From assembly GCF_009914755.1 (NCBI RefSeq), contig NC_060933.1: a stretch of 64,000 nt of DNA; one strand, 5' to 3'. This document shows, in pieces, positions 1 to 13,145 of the stretch. The notes beneath the pieces were generated by a model. That model had not been told where the DNA came from and ran no database searches. It saw nothing but the letters and a program-made list of their open reading frames with translations. The position numbers and the translations under genes are program-made. Position 1 is the stretch's first letter; the number at the start of each line of letters is the position of its first letter. This DNA is from the human T2T-CHM13v2.0 reference genome, Homo sapiens.

Positions 1-2749
1 GAATGGAATCAACTGAATGGAGTGGAATGGAATGGAATGGAATGGAATGGAATGGAATAGAATCCACCCGAATGGAATGGTACAGAATGGAACGCAATCG
101 ATTGGAATGGAATGGAATGGAATGGAATGGAATGGAATCAACCCGAATGGAATTAAACGTAATGGAATGCAGTGGAATTTAATCAACCCGATTGAAAAGG
201 AATGGAATGGAAAGGAGTGGAATGGAATGGAGACTAATGTAATGGAATGGAATGGAATGGAGGTGAATGGAACAGAATGGAATGGAGTCTACTCGAGTGG
301 AATGGAATGGAATGGAATGGAATGGAATGGAATGGAATGAAACCAACTCGTGTGGAATGGAATGGAATGCAATTGAATGGAAAAGAATCAACCCTAGTGG
401 AATGGAATGGAATAGAATGGAATGGAATGGAATGAACAAAATGAAATGTAATGGATTCAACTTGCATGGAATGGAATGGGATGGAATGGAATGGAATGGA
501 ATGGAATGGAATGGAATGGAATGGAGTGGAGTGGAATGGAATGGAATGGAATGGAGTGGAGTGGAATGGAATGGAATGGAATGGAGCGGAATGGAATGGA
601 ATGGAATGGGGTGGAATGGAATTGAATGGATCAACATGCATGCAATGGAATGGAATGGAATGGAATGGAATGGAATCAATCCGTGTTGAATGGAATGGAA
701 TGGAATGGATTGGAATGGAATGGAATGGAATGGAATGGAATCTACCCGAATGCAATGGAATGGAAACAACACGAGTGGAATGGAATGGAATGGAAAGGAA
801 TGGAATGCAACTGAATGGAATATACGCGAATGGAATGGAATGGAATGGAATGGAATGGAATGGAATGGAATCTACCCAAATGGAATGGAAGGGAATCGAA
901 TGGAGTGGAATGGAATGAAATGGAATGGAATGGAATGCAATGAACCCGATTGGAATGGAAGGAAATGAAATTGAATGGAACGGAAAGGAATCAACACGAG
1001 TGGAAAGGAATGAAATGGAATGGAAGGGAACGGAAAGGAATGGAATCAACCAGAGTGGAATGGAAGGGAATAGAATGGAATGGAATGGAATGGAATAGAA
1101 TTGAATGAAATGGAATTCACTGAATGGAATAGAAAAAATGGAATGGAATCAACCAGTGTGGAGTGGAATGGAATGGAAAGCAATGGAATGGAATGGAGTG
1201 CAATGGAATGGAATGGAACCAACTGAATGGAATGGAATGGAATGGAATGGAATGGAATGGAGTGGAATGGAATGCAATCGATTGGAATGGAATGGAATCT
1301 ACCCGAATGGAATGGAATGGAATGGAATGGAATGGAATGGAATGGAATGGAATGGAATGCAATCGATTTGAATGGAATGGAATCTACCCGAATGGAATGG
1401 AATGGAATGGAATTGAATGGAATGGAATGGAATGGAATCTACCAAAATGGAATGGAATGGAATCGAATGGAGTGGAATGGAATGAAATGGAATGGAATGA
1501 ACCCGATTGCAATGGAAGGAAATGAAATTGAATGGAATGGAAAGGAATCAACATGAGTGGAAAGGAATGAAATGGAATTGAAGGGAACGGAAAGGAATGG
1601 AATCAACCAGAGTGGAACGGAAGGGAATAGAGTGGGATGGAATGGAATGGCATAGAATGGAATGGAATGGAATAAACTGAACGGAATAGAAAAAATGGAA
1701 TAGAATCAACCAGAGTGGAGTGGAATGGAATGGAAGGCAATGGAATGGAATGGAGTGGAATGGAATGGAGTGGAATTGAATGGAATGGAATCAACTGAAT
1801 GGAATGGAATGGAATGGAATGGAATGGAATGGAATGGAATGCAATCAAGCCTAATGGAATGGTGTGGAATGGAATGCAATCGATTGGAATGGAATGGAAT
1901 GAAATAGTATGGAATGGAATGGAATAAACACGAGTGGAATTGAATGGAATGGAATGGAATGGAATGGAATGGAATGGAATGGAATGGAATGGGATGGAAT
2001 GGAATGGAATGCAATCAACCCGAATGGAATGGAATGGAATGGAATGCAATGGAATTTAATTATCCCGATTGGAATGGAATGGAACGGAATGGAAAGAAAT
2101 GGAATGAAATATAATGGAATGGAATAGAATGGAATGGAATCGAATGGAATGGAATGGAATGGAATGGAAACTTCTCGATTTTAATGGAATGGAATGGAAT
2201 GGAATTGAATGGAATGCAATGGAATCTACCAGAATGGAATGGAATGGAATCAAGCAGAGTGGAGTGGAATGGAATGGAATGCAATGGAATGCAATGGAGT
2301 GGAATGCAATGGAATGGAATCAACTGAATGGAATGGAATGGAATGGAATGGAATAGAATGGAATGGAATAGAATCAACCCGAATGGAATGGTACAGAATG
2401 GAATGCAATGGAATTTAAACAACCCGATTGAAAAGGAATGGAATGGAAAGGAGTGGAATGGAATGGAATGGAATGGATTCCACCCGAATGGAATGGAATG
2501 GAATCGAATGGAGTGGAATGGAATGGAATGGAATGGAATGGAATGGAATGGAATGGAATCAACTCGTGTGGAATGGAATGGAATGCAATTGAATGGAATG
2601 CAATCAATGCTAGTGGAATGGAATGCAATGGAAAGCAATGGAATGAACGAAATGAAATGGAATGGAATCAACATGCATGGAATGGAATGGAATGGAATGG
2701 AATGGAATGGAGTGGAATGGAATGGAATGAAATGGGGTGGAATGGAATG

Positions 2750-5700
2750 GAATGGAATGGAATGGAATGGAGTGGAATGGAATGGAATGGAATGGGATGG
2801 AATGGAATTGAATGGATCAATATGCATGCAATGGAATGGAAAGGAATGGAATCAAATCGAATCAACTCGAGTGGAATGGAATGGAGTGGAATGGAATGGA
2901 ATGGATTGGAATGGAATGCAATGGAATGGAATGGAATGGCATCAACAAGATTGGAATGGAAGAGAATGGAATGGAATGAAATGGAAAAGAATGGAATTAA
3001 CTGGAGTGGAATGGAAAGGAATGGAATGGAATGGAATGGAATGGAATGGAATGGAATGGAATGGGGTGGAATGGAATTGAATGGATCAACATGCATGCAA
3101 TGGAATGGAATGGAATGGAATGGAATAGAATGGAATGGAATTGAATCGAATCAACACGAGTGGAATGGAATATAATGGAATTGAATGGAATGGATTGGAA
3201 TGGAATGGAATATAATGGAATGGAATGGAATGGAATCAACCCGAGTGGAATGGAATGGAATGGAATGGAATGGAATGGAATGGAATGGAATGCATTGGAA
3301 AGTATGGAATTAACAGGAGTGGAATGGAAAGGAATGGAATGGAATGGAATGGAATGGAATTGAATGAACCCAAGTGGAATGGAATGAATTGGAATGGAAT
3401 GGAATGGAATTGAATGGAATGGAATCAACTAGAATGGAGTGGAATGGAAAGGAATGGAATCAACCCGAGTCGAGTGGAATGGAATGGAATGGAATCCACC
3501 CGAGTAGAATGTAATGGAATGGAATGGAATACAATATAATTGAATGGAGTGGAACGGAATCATAGCGAGATGAATGGAATGGAATAGAACGGAATGCAAT
3601 GGAATGGAATGGAATGGAATGGAATGAAATGGAATGGAATGGAATGGAATGGAATGGAATCAACCCGACTGGAATGGAAACGAATGGAATGGAATGGAAA
3701 GGAATGCGATGGAATGAACGCGAGTGGAATGGAATACAGCGGAATGGAAAGGAATGGCATGGAATGCAATAGAATGGAATGAAATGGAATGGAACAAAAC
3801 CTAGTGGAACGGAATAGAATGGAAAGGAATGGAATGGAAACCAAGGGAATGCCATGGAATCACCCCGAGTGGAATGGAATGGAATGGAATGGGATGATCT
3901 ACATGAAAGGAATGGAAAGGAGTGCAATGGAATGGAATGGAATGGAATGGAATCAACAAGAGTGGAATGGAATGGAATGGAATGTAAAGGAATGGAATGG
4001 AATCAACTGCAATGGAATGGAATGGAATGAAATGGATTGGAATAAACCGCAGTGGAACGGAATGGAATGGAAAGAAACGGAATGGAATGGAATCAAACTG
4101 AATCGCATGGAATGGAATGGAATGCAATGAAGTCGAGTGGAATGGAATGTAATGGAATGGAATTGAATGGAATGGAATGGAATGGAATGGAATGGAATGG
4201 AAAGGAATGGAATGGAATGGAATGGAATCAAACAGAGTGGAATGGAATGGAATGGAATGGAATGGAATGGAATAAACTGGAATGGAATGCAATGGAATGG
4301 AATGGAATCAACCCGAGTGGAATGGAATGGAATGGAATGGACTGGAATGGAATGGAATGGAATGCAATGGAATGGAACGGAATGGAATGGAATCCAACAG
4401 AAAGGAATGGTATGGAATGGAATGGAGTGAAATGGAATGGAAAGGAATGGAATGGAATGGAACAGGATGGAATCAACACGAGAGGAATGATATGTAACGG
4501 AATGGAATGGAATGGAATGGAATGGAATGGAATGGAATGGAATGGAATGGAATGGAATGCAAAGGAATGGAATGGAATGGATTGGAGTGAAACGAAGCGG
4601 AAAGGAATGGAATGGAATGGAATGGAAAGGAATCCATTGGAATGGAATGGAAGCAACCCGACTGGAATGGAATGGAATGGAATTTAAATGGATTGGATTG
4701 GAATCGAATTGAATGAAATGGAATGGAACCAACCCAAGTGGAATGGAATGGAATTGAATAGAATGGAATGGAATAGAATCAACCCATGGGCAATGGAAAG
4801 GAATGGAATGGAATGGAATGGATTGGAATGGAATAGAATCAACAGTAATGCAAAGGAATGGAATGGAATGGAATGGCATGGAATGGAATGCAATGGAATG
4901 GAAAGGAATGGAATCAACCCGAGTGGAATGGAATGGAGTGGAATGAAAGGGAATGGAATGGAATCAAGTTGAATGCAATGGAATGGAATGGAATGGAATA
5001 GAATGGAATGGAATTGAATCGAATCAACTCGAGTGGAATGGAATGGAATGGAACGGATTGGAATGGAATGGAATGGAATGGAATGGAAACAACCCGAGTG
5101 GAATGGAATGGAATGGAATGGAATGGATTGGAAAGGAATGCAATTAACCGGAGTGGAATGGAAAGGAATAGAAAGGAATGGAATGGAATGGAATGGGTTG
5201 GAATGCAATTATATGGATCAACATGCATGCAATGGAATCGAATGGAATGCAATGGAATAGAATGGAATGGAATGGAATTAATCAACTCGAGTGGAATGGA
5301 ATGGAATGGAATGGATTGGAATGGAATGGAATGGAATGGAATGCAATGGAATGGATTGGAATGGAATGGAATGGAATGGAATGGAATGGAATGGAATCAA
5401 CCCGAGTTGAATGGAAGGGAATGGAATGGAATTGAATGGAAAGGAATGGAATTAACCAGAGTGGAATGGAAAGGAATGGAATGGAATGGAATAGAATGGA
5501 ATGGAATGGAATGGAATGGAATGGAATGGAATGGAGTTTAATGGAATGGAATGGAGTGGAATGGAATGGAATGGAATGGGGTGGAATGGAATGGAATGGA
5601 ATGGAATGGAATGGAATGGAGTGGAATGGAGTGGAATTGAGTATAATGGAATGGAATGCAATGGGATGGAATGGAATTGAATGGAGCAACATACATGCAA

Positions 5701-8490
5701 TGGAATGGAAAGGAATGGAATCAAATCAAATCAACTCGAGTGGAATGGAATGGAATGGAATGGAATGGAATGGAATGGAATGGAATGGAATGGATTGGTA
5801 TGGAATGCAATGGAATGGAATGGAATGGAATCAACAAGATTGGAATGGAAGAGAATGGAATGGAATGAAATGGAAAAGAATGGAATTAACCGGAGTGGAA
5901 TGGAAAGGAATGGAATGGAATGGAATGGAATGGGGTGGAATGGAATTGAATGGATCAACATGCATGCAATGGAATTGAATGGAATGGAATGGAATAGAAA
6001 GGAATGGAATTGAATCGAATCAACTCGAGTGGAATGGAATGGAATGGAATTGAATGGAATGGATTGGAATGGAATGGAATGAAATGGAATGGAATGGAAT
6101 CAACCCGAGTGGAATGGAATGGAATGGAATGGAATGGAATGGAATGGAATGGAATGGAATGGATTGGAAAGGTATGGAATTAACAGGAGTTGAATGGAAA
6201 GGAATGGAATGGAATGCAATGGAATGGAATGAACCCAAGTGGAATGGAATGAATTGGAATGGAATGGAATGGAATGGAATGGAATGGAATCAACTAGAAT
6301 GGATTGGAATGGAAAGGAATGGAATCAACCCGAGTTGAAAGGAATGGAATGGAATGGAATGGAATGGAATGGAATGGAATGGAATCCCCCCGAGTAGAAT
6401 GGAATGGAATGGAATGGAATACAATAGAATTGAAAGGAGTGGAACGGAATCATTGCGAGATGAATGGAATGGAATAGAACGGAATGCAATGGAATGGAAT
6501 GGAATGTAATGAAATGGAATGGAATGGAACTGAATGGAATGGAATCAACCCGACTGGAATGGAAACGAATGGAATGGAATGGAAAGGAATGCGATGGAAT
6601 GGAATGAACGCGAGTGGAATGGAATACAGCAGAATGGATAGGAATGGCATGGAATTCAATAGAATGGAATGAAATGGAATGGAACAAAATCTAGTGGAAC
6701 GGAATAGAATGGAAAGGAATGGAATGGAAACCAAGGGAATGCCATGGAATCACCCCGAGTGGAATGGAATGGAATGAATGGGATGATCTACATGAATGGA
6801 ATGGAAAGGAGTGCAATGGAATGGAACGGAATGGAATGGAATCAACAAGAGTGGAATGGAATGGAATGGAATGTAAAGGAATGGAATGGAATCAACTGCA
6901 ATGGAATGGAATGGAATGAAATGGACTGGAATAAACCGCAGTGGAACGGAAAGGAATGGAAAGAAACGGAATGGAATGGAATCAAACTGAATCGAATGGA
7001 ATTGAATGGAATGCAATGAAGCCGAGTGGAATGGAATGTAATGGAATAGAATTGAATGGAATGGAATGGAATGGAACGGAATGTAAAGGAATGGAATGGA
7101 ATGGAATGGAATGAAATGGAATGGAATGGAATCAAACAGAGTGGAATGGAATGGAATGGAATGGAATGGAATCAAACAGAGTGGAATGGAATGGAATGGA
7201 ATGGAATGGAATGGAATGGAATAAACTGGAATGGAATGCAATGGAATGGAATGGAATCAACCCGAGTGGAATGGAATGGAATGGAATGCAATGGAATGGA
7301 ATGGAATGGAATGCAATGGAATGGAACCGAATGGAATGGAATCCAACAGAATGGAATGGTATGGAATGGAATGGAATGAAATGGAATGGAAAGGAATGGA
7401 ATGGAATGGAACAGGATGGAATCAACACGAGAGGAATGATATGTAACGGAATGGAATGGAATGGAATGGAATGGAATGGAATGGATTCGAATCGAATCGA
7501 ATGGAATGGAATCTTCCCGAGTGGATTGGAATGGAATGGAATGGAATGGAATGGAATGGAATGGAATGGAATGCAAAGGAATGGAATGGAATGGAATGGA
7601 GTGAAACAAAGTGGAAAGGAATGGAATGGAATGGAATGGAATGGAAAGGAATGGAATGGAATGGAATGAAATCAACCCGACTGGAATGGAATGGAATTTA
7701 AATGGAAAGGATTGGAATCGAATTGAATGCAATGGAATGTAATCAACCCAAGTGGAATGGAATGGAATTGAATAGAATGGAATGGAATGGAATCAACCCA
7801 AGGGCAATGGAAAGGAATGGAATGGAATGGAATGGAATCAACACGAATGCAATGGAATGGAATGGAATGGAATGGCAAGGAATGGAATGCAATGGAATGG
7901 AATGGAATGGAATGAACCCGAGTGGAATGGAATGGAATGAAATGGAAGGGAATGGAATGTAATCAACTTGAATGCAATGGAATGGAATGGAATGGAATGG
8001 AATGGAAAACAATGGAATGGAATTGAATCGAATCAACTTGAGTGGAATGGAATGGAATGGAATGGATTGGAATGGAATGGAATGGAATGGAAACAACCCG
8101 AGTGGAATGGAATGGAATGGAATGGAATGGATTGGAAAGGAATGGAATTAACCGGACTGGAATGGAAAGGAATGGAAAGGAATGGAATGGAATGGGTTGG
8201 AATGGAATTGTATGGATCAACATGCATGCAATGGGATCGAATGGAATGGAATGGAATAGAATGGAATGGAATGGAATCTAATCAACTCGAGTGGCATGGA
8301 ATGGAATGGAATGGATTGGAATGGAATGGAATGGAATGGAATGGAATGGAATGGAATGGAATGGAATGGATTGGAATGGAATGGAATGGAATGGAATTGA
8401 ATGGAATCAACCCGAGTGGAATGGAAGGGAATGGAATGGAATTGAATGGAAAGGAATGGAATTAACCAGAGTGGAATGGAAAGGAATGGA
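2750..8490 (+). repeat. ~2.9-3.0 kb tandem duplication (two copies) within the left array
   Basis: Rare variant strings recur in the same order: CAT(A/T)GCGAGATGAATGG 3561/6451; CCAAGGGAATGCCATGGAATCACCCCGAGT 3841/6731; GGGATGATCTACATGAA 3891/6780; ATTAACCAGAGTGG 5451/8461. Boundaries are approximate. Confidence 0.85.
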
Positions 8491-9539
8491 ATGCAATGGA
8501 ATGGAATCAACTGGAATGGAATGGAATGGAATGGAATGGAATTGAATGGAATCAACTGGAATGGAATGAATGAGAATGGAATGGAATGCAAGGGAATGGA
8601 ATGGAATAGAATGGAATGGAATGGAATGGAATCAACCCGAGTGGAATGGAATGCAATGGAATGATATGGAATTTACTGAAATGGAATCTAATTAAATAGA
8701 ATGGAGTGGAATCAACCCGAGTGGAATAGAAAGGAATGGAATGGGATGGAACGGAATGGATTGGAATCAACTGGAATGGAATGGAATGGAATCAACAGGA
8801 ATAGAATGCAATGGAATGGAATGGAATGGAATGGAATCAACTGGAATCGAATGGAATGAAATTAAATAGAATGGAATGGAATATAATGGAATGGAATCAA
8901 CCCGAGTCTAATGGAATGGAATGGAATGGAATGGAATGGAATGGAATGGAATGGAATGGAATGGAATCAGCACGTGCTGAATGGAATGGAATGGAATGGA
9001 ATGGAATTGAATGGAATGGAATGGAATGGAATGGAATGGAATGGAATGGAATGGAATCCACACGAATGGAATGGAATGGAATCGAATGGAGTGGAATGGA
9101 ATGAAATGGAATTGAATGGAATAGAATCTACCCGCGTGGAATGGTATGGAATGGAATGGAATAGAATGGAATGGAATGGAATGGAATCAACACGAGTGGA
9201 ATGGAATGGAATGGAATGTAAAGGAATGGAATGGAATCAACTGCAATTTAATGGAATGGAATGAAATGGATTGGAATAAACCGCAGTGGAACGGAATGGA
9301 ATGGAAAGAAACGGAATGGAATGGAATCAAACTGAATCGAACGGAATTGAATGGAATGCAATGAAGCTGAGTGGAATGGAATGTAATGGAATGGAATTGA
9401 ATGGAATGGAGTGGAACGGAATCACCCCAAGTGGAATGGAATGAAATGGAATGGAATGGAATGGAAAGGAATGGAAACGAATGGAATGGAATGGAATGGA
9501 ATCAAACAGAGTGGAATGGAATGGAATGGAATGAAATGG

Positions 9540-10600
9540 AATGGAATGGAATGGAATGGAATAAACTGGAAAGGAATGCAATGGAATGGAATGGAATCAA
9601 CCCGAGTGGAATGGAATGGAATGGAATGTAATAGAATGCAATGGAATGTAACGGAATGGAATGGAATCCACCAGAATGGAATGGTATGGAATGGAATGGA
9701 ATGAAATGGAATGGAAAGGAATGTAATAGAATGGAACAGGATGGAATCAACACGAGAGGAATGATATGTAAAGGAATGGAATGGAATGGAATGGAATGGA
9801 ATGGAATGGAATGGAATCGAAAGGAATGGAATCTTCCCGAGTCGAATGGAATGGAATGGAATGGAATGGAATGGAATGGAATGGAATGAAATGGAATGGA
9901 ATGGAATGGAATGGAATAAACTGGAAAGGAATGCAATGGAATGGAATGGAATCAACCCGAGTGGAATGGAATGGAATGTAATAGAATGCAATGGAATGTA
10001 ACGGAATGGAATGGAATCCACCAGAATGGAATGGTATGGAATGGAATGGAATGAAATGGAATGGAAAGGAATGGAATAGAATGGAACAGGATGGAATCAA
10101 CACGAGAGGAATGATATGTAAAGGAATGGAATGGAATGGAATGGAATGGAATGCAATGGAATGGAATCGAAAGGAATCTAATCTTCCCGAGTCGAATGGA
10201 ATGGAATGGAATGGAATGGAATGGAATGAAATGGAATGGAATGGAATGGAATGGAATAAACTGGAAAGGAATGCAATGGAATGGAATGGAATCAACCCGA
10301 GTGGAATGGAATGGAATGGAATGGAATGGAATAGAATGCAATGGAATGTAACGGAATGGAATGGAATCCACCAGAATGGAATGGTATGGAATGGAATGGA
10401 ATGAAATGGAATGGAAAGGAATGGAATAGAATGGAACAGGATGGAATCAACACGAGAGGAATGATATGTAAAGGAATGGAACGGAATGGAATGGAATGGA
10501 ATGGAATGGAATGGAATGGAATGGAATCGAAAGGAACGGAATCTTCCCGAGTCGAATGGAATGGAATGGAATGGAATGGAATGGAATGGAATGGAATGGA
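9540..10600 (+). repeat. ~350-bp unit, three tandem copies
   Basis: ATGGAACAGGATGGAATCAACACGAGAGGAATGATATGTAAAGG at 9731, 10081 and 10431. CCAGAATGGAATGGTATGG at 9671, 10021 and 10371. Confidence 0.9.
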
Positions 10601-11329
10601 GTGGAATAGAATGGAATGGAATGGAATGGAAACAACTCGTGTGGAATGGAATGGAATGCAATTGAATGGAATGCAATCAACCCTAGTGGAATGGAATGGA
10701 ATGGAATAGAATGGAATGGAAAGCAATGGAATGATCGAAATGAAATGGAATGTAATCAACATGCATGGAATGGAATGGAATGGAATGGAATGGAGTGGAA
10801 TGGAATGGAATGGGGTGGAATGGAATGGAATGGAATGGAATTTAATGGAGTGGAATGGAATTGAAAGGAATGGGGTGGAATGGAATTGAATGGATCAACA
10901 TGCATGCAACTTAATGGAATGGAATGGAATCGAATCGAATCAACTCGAGTGGAATGGAATGGAATGGAATGGAATGGATTGGAATGGAATGCAATGGAAT
11001 GGAATGGAATGGAATCAACCTGAGTGGAATGGAATGGAATGAAATGGAAAGGAATGGAATTAACCGGAGTGGAACGGAAAAGAATGGAATGGAATGGAAT
11101 GGAATGGAATGGAATGGGGTGGAATGGAATTGAATGGATCAACATGCATGCAATGGAATGGAATGGAATGGAATGGAGTGGAATGGAATGGAATGGAATC
11201 CACAGGAGTATAATGGAATGGAATGGAATGGAATGGAAACAACTGGAGTGGAACTTAATGGAAAGGAATGGAATGGAATGGAATGGAATGGAGTGGAATC
11301 GAATGGAATGGAGTGGAATGGAATGGAAT

Positions 11330-12190
11330 GGAATCCACAGGAGTAGAATTGAATGGAATGGAATGGAGTGGAATGGAATGGAATGGAAACAACCGGTGTG
11401 GAACTGAATGGAAAGGAAAGGAATGGAATGGAATGGAATGGAATGGAATGGAATGGAATCAACCCGAGTGGAATGGAAGGGAATGGAATGCAATGGAAGG
11501 AAATGGAATCAACCCGAGTGGCGTGGAGTGGAATGGAATCGAATGGAATTTAATGGAAAGCAATGAAATGGAATTGAATGGAATGGATTGGAATGTAATG
11601 GAATGGAATCAAACCTAGTGCAATGGAATGGAACGGAATGGAATGGAATGGAATGGAATGGAATCAACCCGAGTGCAATGGAATGGAATGGAATGGAATG
11701 GAGTCTACCAGAATGGAATGGAATGGAAAGGAATGGAATGGAATGGAATGGAATGGAATGGAATGGAATGGAATGGAATCAACCCGAGTGCAATGGAATG
11801 GAATGGAATGGAATGGAATCTACCAGAATGGAATGGAATGGAATGGAATGGAATGGAATGGAATTCACAGGAGTAGAATGGAATGGAATGGAATGGAATG
11901 GAATGGAATGGAATGGAATGGAATGGAAACAAAAGGAGTGGAACTGAATGGAAAGGAATGGAATGGAATGGAATGGAATGGAATGGAATGGAATGGAATC
12001 AACCCGAGTGGAATGGAAGGGAATGGAATGCAATGGAAGGAAATGGAATCAACCCGAGCGGCGCGAAGTGGAATGGAATCGAATGGAATTTAATGGAAAG
12101 CAATGAAATGGAATTGAATGGAATGGATTGGAATGTAATGGAATGGAATCAAACCTAGTGCAATGGAATGGAACGGAATGGAATGGAATG
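11330..12190 (+). repeat. Duplicated ~300-bp block at 540-bp spacing
   Basis: GAACTGAATGGAAAGG 11401/11941; TAATGGAAAGCAATGAAATG 11551/12091; AAACCTAGTGCAATGG 11611/12151. Confidence 0.85.
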
Positions 12191-13145
12191 GAATGGAATG
12201 GAATGGAATGGAATGGAATCAACCCGAGTGGAAAGGAATGGAAAGCAGTAGGATGGAATGGAATGGCAAGAACCCGAGTGGAATGGAATGGAATGGAATG
12301 GAACTCAATGGAATGGAATCAACTGGATTGGAATGGAAAGGAATGGAATCGAATGAAATCGAGTGAACCTGATTGGAATGGAATGGAATGGAATGGAATG
12401 GAATGGAATGGAATGGAATGGAATGGAAACTACCAGAATGGAATGGAATGGAATGGGATCGAATGGAGTGGAGTGGAATGAAATGGATTGGGACGGAATG
12501 GAATCAATTCCTCTGGAATGGAATGGAATGAAATGCAATGCAATGGAATGGAATGGAATGAAATTGAATGGAATGGAATGGTATGAAATTGTATGGAATG
12601 GAATGGAATGGAAAGGAATGGAATGGAATGGAATGGAATTGAATGGAATGGAATCCACACGAGTGAAATGGAATGGAATGGAATGGAATTAGATGGATTT
12701 GGTTGGAACGCAATGCAATGGAATGGAATAGAAATGAATGGAAAGGAATGGAAAGCAGTGGAATGGAATGGAATGGAATGGAATGAAATGGAATGGAATG
12801 GAATCCACACGAATGGAATGGAATGGAATGGAATGGAGTTAAACGGATTGGATTGGAATGCAATGGAATGGAATGGAATGGAATGGAATAGAATGGAATG
12901 CAATGTAATGGAAAACAGTGGAATGGAATGTAATCAACTGGATAGGAATGGAATGGAATGGATTGGAATGGAATCCACGTGAGTTGAATGGAATGGAAAG
13001 GAATTGAATGAAATGGAATGGAATTGAATAGAAGGGAATCATATCAACCCTAGTGGAACGGAAAGGGATGGAATGATATGGAATTGAATTGAATCAACAG
13101 GAGTGGTATGGAGTGGAAATGAATGGAGTGGAATGGAATGGGAAG

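Larger units (their letters stand above)
1..13145 (+). repeat. Satellite III (HSat3) array, GGAAT strand on +
   Basis: Continuous diverged (GGAAT)n with recurrent GGAATCAACCCGAGTGGAAT (e.g. 3237-3246, 4309-4318, 7258-7267). This interspersed motif is the established HSat3 signature. HSat2-type CATTCGATTC/GATGA periodicity is not dominant. The array runs off the left edge of the window. Confidence 0.97.
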
